This document shows positions 30,401 through 39,089 of a DNA stretch of 64,000 bases, piece by piece; position 1 is the stretch's first letter; the number at the start of each line of letters is the position of its first letter. The notes beneath the pieces are model-generated. The model searched no databases. It was not told the DNA's origin and worked only from the letters and a program-made list of their open reading frames with translations. This DNA comes from Terriglobia bacterium. Lineage in GTDB: Bacteria > Acidobacteriota > Terriglobia > 2-12-FULL-54-10. A program made the translations under genes and the position numbers. The stretch is taken from assembly GCA_963666975.2 (NCBI GenBank), contig CAXVYR010000003.1, forward strand, positions 1,024,001 to 1,088,000, given 5' to 3'.

Positions 30401-30982
30401 ATTGATGGCGCAGCCGTAGGCATCACGGAAGGTCTCCGGCGTCTTGGCCGACAGGGTTCCTGATGGCAGCCATCTCACCCGTTTCTGCAGCTTCCGTCGC
30501 AAGCGGCGCCGGCTGTCGGGATCCTTGACTGCGAGGCTAAAGCTGGTCATGCGGAGAAAGAAATCGCGGTCTGCATTGAGTAGGGCTTCGGCGACGAAAT
30601 CAACCAGCGAGTTACAGTACACCGGCTCCCAAGCCGGTTCGCCCTGTAGCGATTTCACGCGGTTACCCGTCAGCTGCCAGTTGAGACGGACGAAGTTCTT
30701 GAGCTCCTTGATCCACTTGCGCTGGATGTTCTCGCGTGGGGCAATGACCATGATGCGTGCGTGAGGATTTAAGTACCGCGTGAGCGCCATGACGCCGAGC
30801 GCCACGTAGGTCTTCCCCATCCCGACCTCGTCGGCCAGATAGGCACACCTGTTCCTCTCGAGCATGTTGAACAACGCCGCAGTCCCTTGTTGCTGCTGCT
30901 CGGCAAAGCCAAATCCGCGGGCCAACTCCGTCGGCGCGAAGTCGATCACTTCTCTGACGAACGAAGGTGTGACGGTGCTCAT
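27422..30982 (-). CDS. SNF2-like SF2 helicase with C-terminal accessory domain
   Basis: LADEVGMGKT, IDEAHN, LSATP, KVLVF, TDVLQEGEDLH, EQRTGRIDR; ATG 30982 overlaps the PLD stop (ATGA). Confidence 0.92.
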   Translation of the reverse strand: MSTVTPSFVREVIDFAPTELARGFGFAEQQQQGTAALFNMLERNRCAYLADEVGMGKTYVALGVMALTRYLNPHARIMVIAPRENIQRKWIKELKNFVRLNWQLTGNRVKSLQGEPAWEPVYCNSLVDFVAEALLNADRDFFLRMTSFSLAVKDPDSRRRLRRKLQKRVRWLPSGTLSAKTPETFRDAYGCAINAAMPPVDLLVIDEAHNLKHGFGLSVSNRNRVMGFAFGHPEGKANGYSWYRHKAKHVLLLSATPFEDDYAAIQRQLDVLGYGKARLWDSNGSDPVSVDRLLSADVSEDEKRKILGRLMVRRVAGLRINGRLYTKNMYRREWRQGGYRVHDEPMRIADPKQRLVVGLMQKKVAEILRDERFKNSFQIGMLSSFESFLETIGRSNRPAGLQEATVTDDEDGPSSIFDGKQGDTDDECRGIDTKAIAAMVESYRTKFGGTLPHPKLDSTADSFAPVFETGDKVLVFVRRVRTVDELAAKLNAHFDRWLCDRMTAVLPGLAPKIHEIFERYARERARRPDEQQQKKPLDEAESEPSKIPEERGAIDEDDDGSAETFFSWFFRGSGPRGVLSGAAFQKNRLSSQSSVYATFFEDDYVSWLLDRPADPLAELAGIVGVSLPALVDSLRPRAYRHFTHLTQQEKGYPRLHVFLAYQQAALELIEKAGGQLGDQARIMLDERFPDPRGGIADPPAGFPGPEQAIGFTSFITELVKHPDLRRQIWPEDAGDFRHRFRRREQRRELLSAMARLGASYIDLYLLAIKQLGSFTLRQETESDEPVRDLAYAFAGLLEAQSRQPGFHAYYELSQAAEFFDLLLGVNFPDVPAGKLDQLASWFGLTLQRQVPVGRMSGGVNKRLVSQFRMPGFPLALVTTDVLQEGEDLHTFCRQVVHYGITWTPSAMEQRTGRIDRIGSLVQRRLDGENTEPDAADFLQVYYPHLQDTVEILQVRRVLHRLNRFLQLIHQKKADSQALGSRINTAREMLEKLEAIPPLEGELKPAFPIQTQWLEGEMDPTSVVRRDLDADVKHLDKLWSSFQERYAIRALRATDPLLRRGYALVRQGRLMYRDADERGMEQPFRLQLRSQAAGDATLLHCSSEVGPVEIEHDDNRLDELYELQQELKCAKVCVHPDPADRTDRISVEGDIVFHPNTTQFEELESLVTRTVGAAGVLANRLVEQDDI

Positions 30983-33057
30983 CGACGTGCCCTCACGTAA
31001 GATACTGGCTCTAGAAACTTTTCCTCGTACCACTGCAGGAACTTGTCGGCATGGGCGTCGTCAAGCTCAATGGAATTTCGTAAGGTTGGCAGGTGATCAA
31101 GCAACTCGTCCAGGTGCTTGACGTGCTGCGCTCGCTGCCTGAAGAAGTCTGGATGCCGATTTTCCGACTCCTGACGCAGCTGCGTGGAACAGAGAAACGT
31201 CACGTAGGTGAGAATTGGATCGCCTTCTGGCCTGTCGAGCGTCTTCTGCAGCAGATTTGGGAGAGAATCATACTTGGCACCCAGCAACCGAGCCTCGGCT
31301 TCGTTGTCGCGACCATCCTCCAACGCCGTATCGACGGCACGTTCGAGACAACCAAAGGCGTGATAGATGCCGGCAAACCGGTCAAAGAGCGTTTTGCGCA
31401 AATGCAGCCCGTCGACCGGTGCGACGGAAATTCCCTCGAGTTGGTCGAGGATGCGGGCTTCTATAAACTGAGCGCGCTGGTGTGGAGTCAGAAGCGACCA
31501 GTATTCGAGGATCTCCTCAGGAGTCAGCTGCATCAGCAACGACGGGCGATGCCCCATATTTTCCTCCCGCACGAGGACGCGCCATGGCTGACCGCGATGC
31601 TCGACGAGGAGGAAACTGGTCGAAAGCAGCAGCTCCTCCAGGCGACTCGAGGCTTCAGCGCCGAGCGCCGTCCAGCGACCGAGCAGCGGCTCTTTCACCG
31701 TTGCCAGGGATTGCCCAGCCGTCGTCAGCACCTTGAATCCATCCGCCGTTGATTCGTTGAGGCGATAGCTAAGCCGCTTCGTCCCCCAATCGAACTGAAG
31801 GCTGAGATCGAGCCCGACAACATCGAAACCCTCTGCTTCCGTGGACGTCGTCGATGCGAACCGGTCTGCGTCTCGGTTCAAGGGTTCCAACCACCAGCGC
31901 TGGTAATACCCCGCGTCGGTAATGGCGACAAAGAATGCAGCTTCCAGGTTACCGGCCGTACCGTGAGAATGGCCGGCTCTGGTGAGATTCGGTGAGCCAA
32001 CGAGCAGGAGATCAGGGCCACCACGCTTCCACATACGATATACCTTGGCGTGCACACGGCGCGGGGCGAGCCGCTCGGAGGTGTCATCTCGTCCGTGCTT
32101 GACGACCTCTCCCGGAAGGTAAGCCCATCGGGTCCCGTCCAACGCCGCGATTGCTTCGTATGTCGCTTTCGTGACCCGCGAAGCACCATTTAGCTCAGTG
32201 GGCAGATAGACGCGAATCTCCCGAGGCCGCAGGGCATCGGCCAGATCGCGAAGCGGACCCTCATCCTGCGCATCAAAGTACGGTGAGATGACCTCCAGAT
32301 TCAGGTCTTGTCTGTCGAGGTAGAGCTGCCGCAACCAATCGGAGAGCGTCTTCTGGCTCTGTCCTCCAAAGATGCGGGGGTGATACGTGCCGCCGGACTT
32401 GTTCTTCCCAAACGAGTCACGTTGGGTCCGGCGCAGTAGAAACGCATTGATCTCGTCGAGGGCTGATTGGTCATCGGCATCGGCTGCTGACCGCCGAACT
32501 CGTCGGATCAGCGACAGCAGGTCGAGTCGGAACGAGCACCGCTCGTCATTGATGTCCCGGTCCTTAATCTCCTCGATGTGCGCACATTCAACGTTTTCCC
32601 ACCACCCAGCTCGCGTGAGATTGGCTGACAGGATTCCGACGACGAGGGCCTGTCGCGAGGGCTCGGCATCACTCCCATCGTCAGCTGCTTCCCCGCCAGC
32701 CTCGTGGTGCTCGTCGACCAGCAGCAAGATCACCTTCGGGTGGAAATAGCCGGTGCGTCGACTGACATCGAGTCGTCGATAGTCCATCTGTGCCGGTTCT
32801 CCGTCCTGTGCCAGCGCACGGCGGTCGTAGTATACGGCCAGGTGGTCGACGGTTCGAAGCGCGTCCTCGAGCTGCACGCGCCGCACTTTATCCGGCTGGC
32901 TGAACGGTTGGTCGAACAAAACCGGAAGGATATTGAGCTCGAAGAACCCGGGGTCGAAGCTGAACGTCGTGAACACCACGCTTCGCACACGTCGGCCGTC
33001 GATGGCCTCAGCCACCTGCTCCGTGAGCACCTTCATCGGGATGACGGTCGATGGCAT
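30979..33057 (-). CDS. Phospholipase D-superfamily (two HxK motifs) putative nuclease
   Basis: FHPKVILL...SANLT and VHAKVY...VGSPNLT, VISPYFD; ATG 33057 two bases after the upstream stop. Confidence 0.85.
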   Translation of the reverse strand: MPSTVIPMKVLTEQVAEAIDGRRVRSVVFTTFSFDPGFFELNILPVLFDQPFSQPDKVRRVQLEDALRTVDHLAVYYDRRALAQDGEPAQMDYRRLDVSRRTGYFHPKVILLLVDEHHEAGGEAADDGSDAEPSRQALVVGILSANLTRAGWWENVECAHIEEIKDRDINDERCSFRLDLLSLIRRVRRSAADADDQSALDEINAFLLRRTQRDSFGKNKSGGTYHPRIFGGQSQKTLSDWLRQLYLDRQDLNLEVISPYFDAQDEGPLRDLADALRPREIRVYLPTELNGASRVTKATYEAIAALDGTRWAYLPGEVVKHGRDDTSERLAPRRVHAKVYRMWKRGGPDLLLVGSPNLTRAGHSHGTAGNLEAAFFVAITDAGYYQRWWLEPLNRDADRFASTTSTEAEGFDVVGLDLSLQFDWGTKRLSYRLNESTADGFKVLTTAGQSLATVKEPLLGRWTALGAEASSRLEELLLSTSFLLVEHRGQPWRVLVREENMGHRPSLLMQLTPEEILEYWSLLTPHQRAQFIEARILDQLEGISVAPVDGLHLRKTLFDRFAGIYHAFGCLERAVDTALEDGRDNEAEARLLGAKYDSLPNLLQKTLDRPEGDPILTYVTFLCSTQLRQESENRHPDFFRQRAQHVKHLDELLDHLPTLRNSIELDDAHADKFLQWYEEKFLEPVSYVRARR

Positions 33058-33059
33058 TG

Positions 33060-34337
33060 TCAATGCTTCAACTGCTGCGTGACGTCCTTCAGCGCATCAA
33101 TGAAGTAGCTATTCATCCACAGGTACGGGAGTTTGTCTTTGGCCGGCAGCAACTGCTCCGTCCCACGGTATCGGACGTCGAGCCGTCGCCCGTCCCCAAT
33201 CCGTGCCCAGGGAGCGCCCCCGCGTATTTGCATGATGGCCTCGTTCCAAGACAGGACTCCGTCGAGGGCGGTTTCGAAATCCCCTGCGTGCAGGGCCGCG
33301 TGAACCTGGTCCATCAAGGATCCAACGGCATCGGTCGAGGTCGATTGGATCTCGCTCAGCAACTCCTCAAAAGCTGCCCTGTCAAGATTCGGTACCTTCG
33401 AGCCCCACATGCGACGTATCTCCTCCGCGACGTTGGTGACCTGCTGCCCATGACGCGCGAGCAGGTGCTGAAACAGTGCCGCCGTTGGGGCCAGGAAGGC
33501 TTCCAGGTGCGCGATCCGGTCTAGCGACACGGATAGACCCTCATCCTGTCGCCGGGCTCGCTTTGCCAGGTGGAGAATTTCGGCTCGTCCGGCCAATTCT
33601 CCGAGCTCGGTGTCCGATTCCAACAGCCGTCGAAAACGTTCTTGACGACCCTCGTCGGCACCGGACACGTAGTGGCCATCCCGGAGATATGTGCCGTAGA
33701 ACTCCAGCTCGTCGGAAGTGAATCGAGGGTTGAGGATCGGGGTGAAAGCGGCAAAGACGGGATCCCGGTCGTTGGTACGAAGTCTCCCTCCTTGGGTGAG
33801 AAGCTTCCTGAGCTTCCCGGCTGAGCCGTTCAATCTGCTGATGTAGTGGCGCTCGATGAACTCGCGCCCGGCAGGCATGACGTCGAGTGCATCCTGTGGA
33901 ATCAAACCGGACGTTCGCGCGGGTACCGAGTACAAGCCCCACAAGCCATAGACCTTCTGATCGGACAAGATCATGCCCCGTCGGTCGGCGGCAATGACCA
34001 CGTTCCCGTGCTGTTCGTCCGTAAACCGCTGCACACGCTCAATGCCACGAATCTCCCCTTTGACACCGTGCGCCACATGCCGCACATACGCGCCGACCTG
34101 TTCCATCCGCAGGAAGATGTCGAGCGCATCTTCCCGATTTGCCATCCCCCGATCGAGGAGATCTGCCGCGAAGTAACGGCCGAGCAGGAGGACCGTGAAG
34201 CCACGGATCGATGTGCTCTGTGTCGTAAGGTTGGTGACGACGTGCCGACCGAACGCCGACCAGATGGGTTGGACGCCTAACGGATCACGGGAACCCTTGA
34301 TCTTGGCGTTGGGGTCTTCAAGGGTAAGGAACGGCAC
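33060..34337 (-). CDS. Hypothetical protein (RDPLG motif), first gene of the PLD-helicase operon
   Basis: 425 aa; GSRDPLGVQPIW...NLTT, YGLWGLYS. Confidence 0.8.
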   Translation of the reverse strand: MPFLTLEDPNAKIKGSRDPLGVQPIWSAFGRHVVTNLTTQSTSIRGFTVLLLGRYFAADLLDRGMANREDALDIFLRMEQVGAYVRHVAHGVKGEIRGIERVQRFTDEQHGNVVIAADRRGMILSDQKVYGLWGLYSVPARTSGLIPQDALDVMPAGREFIERHYISRLNGSAGKLRKLLTQGGRLRTNDRDPVFAAFTPILNPRFTSDELEFYGTYLRDGHYVSGADEGRQERFRRLLESDTELGELAGRAEILHLAKRARRQDEGLSVSLDRIAHLEAFLAPTAALFQHLLARHGQQVTNVAEEIRRMWGSKVPNLDRAAFEELLSEIQSTSTDAVGSLMDQVHAALHAGDFETALDGVLSWNEAIMQIRGGAPWARIGDGRRLDVRYRGTEQLLPAKDKLPYLWMNSYFIDALKDVTQQLKH

Positions 34338-34399
34338 GGCAGGAATTGTACATCGTCAGACCAATCCGGATCAATGACCTCGTTTCGCAAAAAACTTGC

Positions 34400-34520
34400 C
34401 ACTGGTTATCCGCTCGGGTCGGGCGAGGATCGCCGGCCGTCGGCCCTCATAGAGCTCATCCGGTGTCACGTTCCCCAATGCTTCGTGCAACCTCCGGTGG
34501 TTGTAGTCAGCGACGAACCT
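34400..34520 (-). pseudogene. IS3-family transposase C-terminal fragment
   Basis: [25 protein letters not shown]. Confidence 0.7.
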
Positions 34521-34674
34521 AAAAAGCATTTCCAGCATAAAGCTGCACCGGGAACTTGAAATCACCCAAAAATCAGCATAGCACTTGGCACACCGGATTC
34601 GCCGAGCATGGAAGGCGGGATCGGACACCCTGACCAGACCGAGGTTTTGTACCAAGCGTTGTGAGAGAGTTTAC

Positions 34675-36322
34675 CCCGCATTTCCAGTTTGAAATTGTAG
34701 AAGCAACTCTCGACTAACCTGCAACATCAATATTGATACTGGTTCCAGCATCAACATTGCCTTCCGGAGGTGTACACCCAATGGGTGAGAACCAAAAACA
34801 GGCGTTTCAACTGTCGTTTAACCGCTTTCTGCGGGTCGCATTTCACGGATCACGGGTCACTTCCGACGGAGGTCTGATTCTGGTGCGGGAGCTGGATGAA
34901 CGGTTGGGATTCGGCAAACTCATCGAACAACACCTGACGGACACTCGGGCAAAGAACACTCGGTTGCCCCTCACGGACCTTCTACGGCAGTCCGTGTACA
35001 GTCGCTTGGCTGGATACGAGGATGTGAACGATGCCGAGCATCTCTCCCAAGATCCGACGTTCCGGCTGATCGGTTCCGAGAAGAATTGGGATCGAGGGGC
35101 AGCCCTGCCATCCCGGTTGCAAACCTTCGAGACGGAGTTGCTGGCTGAAGAGGAGAACTTCGCGGGGCGAGCACGGCTGAACCGGGAACTGATCGGCAAG
35201 GCAGAGGTGTTGGGTTCGCCGTACCGAAAGGTGTTGGATATGGATTCGACCGAGATTCCGGTCTACGGCGAACAGGAGCAGAGCGCCTACAACGGGCACT
35301 TTGAGTCCACCTGTTACCATCCCCTATTGCTGTTCAACCGCGAGGGCGACTGTCTGGCAGTCAAGCTCCGTGCCGGCAATGTTCACAGCGCGGAGAGTTG
35401 GGAAGAGTTGCTGCTGCCGGAGATTGAACGCCAGCAACGGATGGGGAACGAAATTGTGTTTCGGGCTGACGCGGCCTTTGCCAAGCCAGAGGTTTACGAA
35501 GCTCTGGAGGAACGCGGCGTGAAGTATGCCATGCGCATCCCGGCCAACGACAGCCTACAGCGGGACATTGAGGAGTTGCTGACTCGGCCGGTGGGTAGAC
35601 CGAGCAAGAAGCCGTTAGTGGAATTCAAGGGCTTTCTATACCAAGCGGCCAGTTGGAAGACAGCACGCAGGGTGGTGGCCAAGGTGGAGCATCACCCAGG
35701 GGAGCTGTTCCCGCGAGTAGGATTCATTGTGACGAACTTGACGCTTCCGAGTCGGGTGGTGGTGCGGTTTTACAACAAGCGCGGTACAGCGGAGCAGTGG
35801 ATCAAAGAAGGAAAGCAAGCGGTGAAGATGACGCGGCTCAGCTGCCCCAGGTTCCGATCCAACGAGGTTCGGCTGTGGCTGACCATCATTGCCTATAACC
35901 TGGGAAACCTTTGGCGGCGATTGGTGCTGCCGAAGAGAATCGGCAACTGGTCCTTGACCAGCTTGCAGCAGCGATTGGTCAAAACCGGAGGACGCCTGAT
36001 TAAACATGCCCGCTATTATTGGTTGTTGTTAGCGGAGAGCCACCTGACTCGGCGGCTGTTTGCCAGCATGCTGGGGCGGATAGATGGGCTGTCGCTTCCG
36101 TCTGGATAGCCTAGCCTGCGGCACCCAAGAAAATGATTCCGATATCCCACAGGAATGGAGAGGTGTTTGAAAAAGCTGGTTCTGGAAGCCGGGCCGAGAG
36201 TTCTTGGGGACGCGAAAAGGGCGGCTGGGAGCCGATGGCCCTCTCGGAGGAAAAATTGTGCTCGGTAGGATGCACATGGATGTACACTTTTAACCGCCGG
36301 GAGGCCAAAAAGTTAATTCCGG
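34675..36322 (+). mobile_element. IS1380-family element, copy 2
   Basis: Same ends as copy 1; 5-bp target duplication TTTAC (34670-34674, 36323-36327). Confidence 0.92.
34781..36109 (+). CDS. IS1380-family DDE transposase
   Basis: Same length as and highly similar to, but not identical with, 20733-22061. Confidence 0.95.
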   Translation: MGENQKQAFQLSFNRFLRVAFHGSRVTSDGGLILVRELDERLGFGKLIEQHLTDTRAKNTRLPLTDLLRQSVYSRLAGYEDVNDAEHLSQDPTFRLIGSEKNWDRGAALPSRLQTFETELLAEEENFAGRARLNRELIGKAEVLGSPYRKVLDMDSTEIPVYGEQEQSAYNGHFESTCYHPLLLFNREGDCLAVKLRAGNVHSAESWEELLLPEIERQQRMGNEIVFRADAAFAKPEVYEALEERGVKYAMRIPANDSLQRDIEELLTRPVGRPSKKPLVEFKGFLYQAASWKTARRVVAKVEHHPGELFPRVGFIVTNLTLPSRVVVRFYNKRGTAEQWIKEGKQAVKMTRLSCPRFRSNEVRLWLTIIAYNLGNLWRRLVLPKRIGNWSLTSLQQRLVKTGGRLIKHARYYWLLLAESHLTRRLFASMLGRIDGLSLPSG

Positions 36323-36369
36323 TTTACATGACAGCCTGTGGTTGTGAAACTGGTTTTGGGGGAGGGAAT

Positions 36370-36519
36370 TGACCGGCCCTTGGTTTTTGATCCAACGGTA
36401 AGGTGAGTTTTGCGGCAGAATCTGGAAGCTAGAGGAGGGGATTTTGCCGTGGATAAGAAGCGTTTTACAGTGGAACGGATCGTGGGGATTCTGAACAGGC
36501 AGAAGTAGGGGTATCGGTA
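36370..36519 (+). mobile_element. IS3-family left-end remnant
   Basis: TGACCGG end, GAGGAGG, then (V)DKKRFTVERIVGIL resembling the start of OrfA. Confidence 0.5.
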
Positions 36520-36541
36520 CCGTATCAAAACCGTATCAAAA
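36520..36541 (+). repeat. Tandem CCGTATCAAAA x2 (putative arm sites, distal end)
   Basis: Identical to 959-980. Confidence 0.75.
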
Positions 36542-36649
36542 CCCTATATTCGGCAGCGATTGGGGTTGCTGACTGAGCGAAAGCAGGCTCCCCAAGTTAG
36601 TGATAATACAAGGAATCGGATGGAAGCAATGTAACCGAAAGAAGGACTT

Positions 36650-36702
<53 letters not shown>

Positions 36703-36773
36703 TTCTAACAGCCGGTAACAGGAAGTGCTGCGCTTCGCCGAATCAGTCTATGCCAAAGCGATGGAAAAGACGC

Positions 36774-37598
36774 ATGAACATGCATGACCGCTGGGCGCAA
36801 CGCCGGAACATAACGCTCAAGGCGGCCGCCGCCGGATTGATCGTCTGTCTCCTGGCCGGAATCGCCAGCAGCCAAACGAGGAACCGGAGCCGCGATGCAC
36901 AGGCGGATCCGCCCGAGGCTGAGTTCCATATGGCGCGCATGATTTATTGGGGGCTTGGCGGCGCGGGTTCCAGGGGGTTCATCAATCCCTGGTGGGCCAT
37001 CGACTACCCAATGGCCGAAGCGCATTTCTTGCCGGCGCTGCGCCGGCTGACCAACCTGTCGGTAGCCGATGACAGCCGGCATCTGGCAGTGACCGATGAG
37101 CGTATTTTCGATTATCCATTTTTGTTCGTGCAGCAGGTCGGGCAGGGAAACTGGCGTCCCAGTAGCCAGGAAGCCGCGCGCCTGCGAGAATATCTGCTGC
37201 GGGGCGGGTTTCTGCTGGTCGATGACTTTCATGGCGAGCGTGACTGGTCCGTATTTCAGGCAGCCATTCAACGGGTGTTGCCGGACCGGCCGATCGTCGA
37301 GATCCCGGAGGACGACCCGCTCATGCACGTTTTCTTTGACTTGGACCAGCGCACCCAAATTCCTGGGCAACGGCACTTGCGTTGGAGCCGGGGAGGCCAG
37401 ATCGTTGCGCAAATGGCGGGGCGTCCGCATTGGCGCGGCATATACGACGATCGCGGCCGCCTGATGGTCGCCATCAATTTCAATATGGATATGGGCGATG
37501 CCTGGGAGCATGCGGACGACCCCTATTATCCGGGCCCCATGACCGCACTTGCGTATAGCCTAGGCGTGAACTATGTCATCTATGCGATGACTCATTGA
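36774..37598 (+). CDS. DUF4159-family exported protein
   Basis: Signal-like N-terminus, WAIDYP, LREYLLRGGFLLVDDFHG, DMGDAWE, GVNYVIYAMTH; start uncertain. Confidence 0.85.
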   Translation: MNMHDRWAQRRNITLKAAAAGLIVCLLAGIASSQTRNRSRDAQADPPEAEFHMARMIYWGLGGAGSRGFINPWWAIDYPMAEAHFLPALRRLTNLSVADDSRHLAVTDERIFDYPFLFVQQVGQGNWRPSSQEAARLREYLLRGGFLLVDDFHGERDWSVFQAAIQRVLPDRPIVEIPEDDPLMHVFFDLDQRTQIPGQRHLRWSRGGQIVAQMAGRPHWRGIYDDRGRLMVAINFNMDMGDAWEHADDPYYPGPMTALAYSLGVNYVIYAMTH

Positions 37599-37721
37599 AA
37601 AAGATCCCGATCCCTGCTGGCTTTCTGCGCTTTGTGACATAACCAGGCTTAAGATACCAACTGTGACGCAGGACTATGTAGAAGTACAGGGGAATGGGAG
37701 TGCGCTGAAACCCCTGAGGAA

Positions 37722-39089
37722 TCATTCCAGGGGGCGGTGTTTGAACTGCTTGAAGCCTTTGCTGTAATCGGCTACCGCGTGGCCGTCGCCGAACAGCTTG
37801 TACTTGTAGGTTGTGAGGCCTTCCAGACCCACCGGGCCGCGCGCATGCAGCTTGCCGTTGCTGACGCCCAGCTCGGCTCCCAGTCCATAGCGGAAGCCGT
37901 CAGCAAAGCGCGTGGAGGCATTGTGAAACACCCCGGCGGCGTCCACCTCCGACAGAAACCGCGCTGCGGTTTCGGCGTCCTCCGTAATGATCGCTTCCGT
38001 GTGGCGTGATCCGTATTGATTGATGTGTGCGATGGCCTCATCGGCGCCGGCGACGATTTTGACCGAGAGGATCAGGTCGCAATACTCTGTCGCCCAATCC
38101 TGCTCCGTCGCGGGAACGGCCTCCGGATCGCCGAGCAGCGCCAGAGTCTTCGGGCAGCCGCGCACCTCCACCCCCGCTTCCCGCAACATCGAAAACATTT
38201 TCGGCAGAAATTCAGCGGCAATTTCCTGATGGACGAGCAGCGTCTCTGCGGCATTGCAAATCGCCGGACCCTGCACCTTGGCATCGAAGGCGACGCGCAG
38301 GGCCTTCTCCAGGCTGGCGGCGCGGTCCACGTACACATGACAGATCCCTTCCCCGTGACCGAGAACCGGGATGCGGCTGTTCTGAGCAACAAACTCGACC
38401 AGCTCCTTCGATCCTCGCGGAATAATTAAATCCACGTCATGGTCGAGCCTCAGAAGCTCCCTAACATCGGCTCGCGTGTGAAGCAGTTGGACGGAATCCC
38501 GCGGGACCGAGGGAAAGCCAGGCAGGCAGTTTTGCCAGATGGATACAATCGCTTCGTTCGTGTGCTTCGCCTCCCTCCCTCCCTTCAGAATCACGGCGTT
38601 GCCTGATTTGAGCGCCAGGGAAGCAACTTGCGGCACGACATCCGGCCGGGATTCAAAAACAATCCCGACCACTCCAAGGGGACATGACTCCTTATAGAGC
38701 ACGAGCCCATCGTCTAATTCCGTAGCGGCCAGACGGCGGCCCAGCGGGTCTGGCAGACGGACCACGTCGCGAATGCGAGCCGCCATTTCGCCGACCCCGC
38801 GCTCGCTCACTCGAAGGCGCGCCAGCATCGCCGAAGACATTTTTCCCGCTGCCACCGCCGGCTCCGCCTCGCGGCAATCGATTGCGTTGGCTTCGAGGAT
38901 GCTCTGTCCGGCATCCTCGATTGCTTTGGCGGCAGCTATCAACACTTCATTGCGACACTCATTCGATAGTTTCACAAGGGCGCGGGAAGCGGCCCTGGCC
39001 CGGCTGGCAATGCCAGCAACGCCCGCCGGCGAAGAGTCTTTGCGAGAATCTTTGAGAGAGTCTGTCAATTTCTGGGAAGTTGCCGTCAT
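37722..39089 (-). CDS. proA: Gamma-glutamyl phosphate reductase
   Basis: PLGVVGIVFESRP, LKSGNA, ICNAAETLL, NASTRFADG, KLHARGPVGL. Confidence 0.96.
   Translation of the reverse strand: MTATSQKLTDSLKDSRKDSSPAGVAGIASRARAASRALVKLSNECRNEVLIAAAKAIEDAGQSILEANAIDCREAEPAVAAGKMSSAMLARLRVSERGVGEMAARIRDVVRLPDPLGRRLAATELDDGLVLYKESCPLGVVGIVFESRPDVVPQVASLALKSGNAVILKGGREAKHTNEAIVSIWQNCLPGFPSVPRDSVQLLHTRADVRELLRLDHDVDLIIPRGSKELVEFVAQNSRIPVLGHGEGICHVYVDRAASLEKALRVAFDAKVQGPAICNAAETLLVHQEIAAEFLPKMFSMLREAGVEVRGCPKTLALLGDPEAVPATEQDWATEYCDLILSVKIVAGADEAIAHINQYGSRHTEAIITEDAETAARFLSEVDAAGVFHNASTRFADGFRYGLGAELGVSNGKLHARGPVGLEGLTTYKYKLFGDGHAVADYSKGFKQFKHRPLE

Noticed and set aside
26992-34337. DISARM, BREX or type III R-M assignment
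   Set aside because: No methyltransferase, DUF1998, PglZ or other required partner is in the operon.
20627-36322. Composite transposon formed by the two IS1380 copies
   Set aside because: The copies are diverged, and copy 2 has its own TTTAC duplication, indicating independent insertion.
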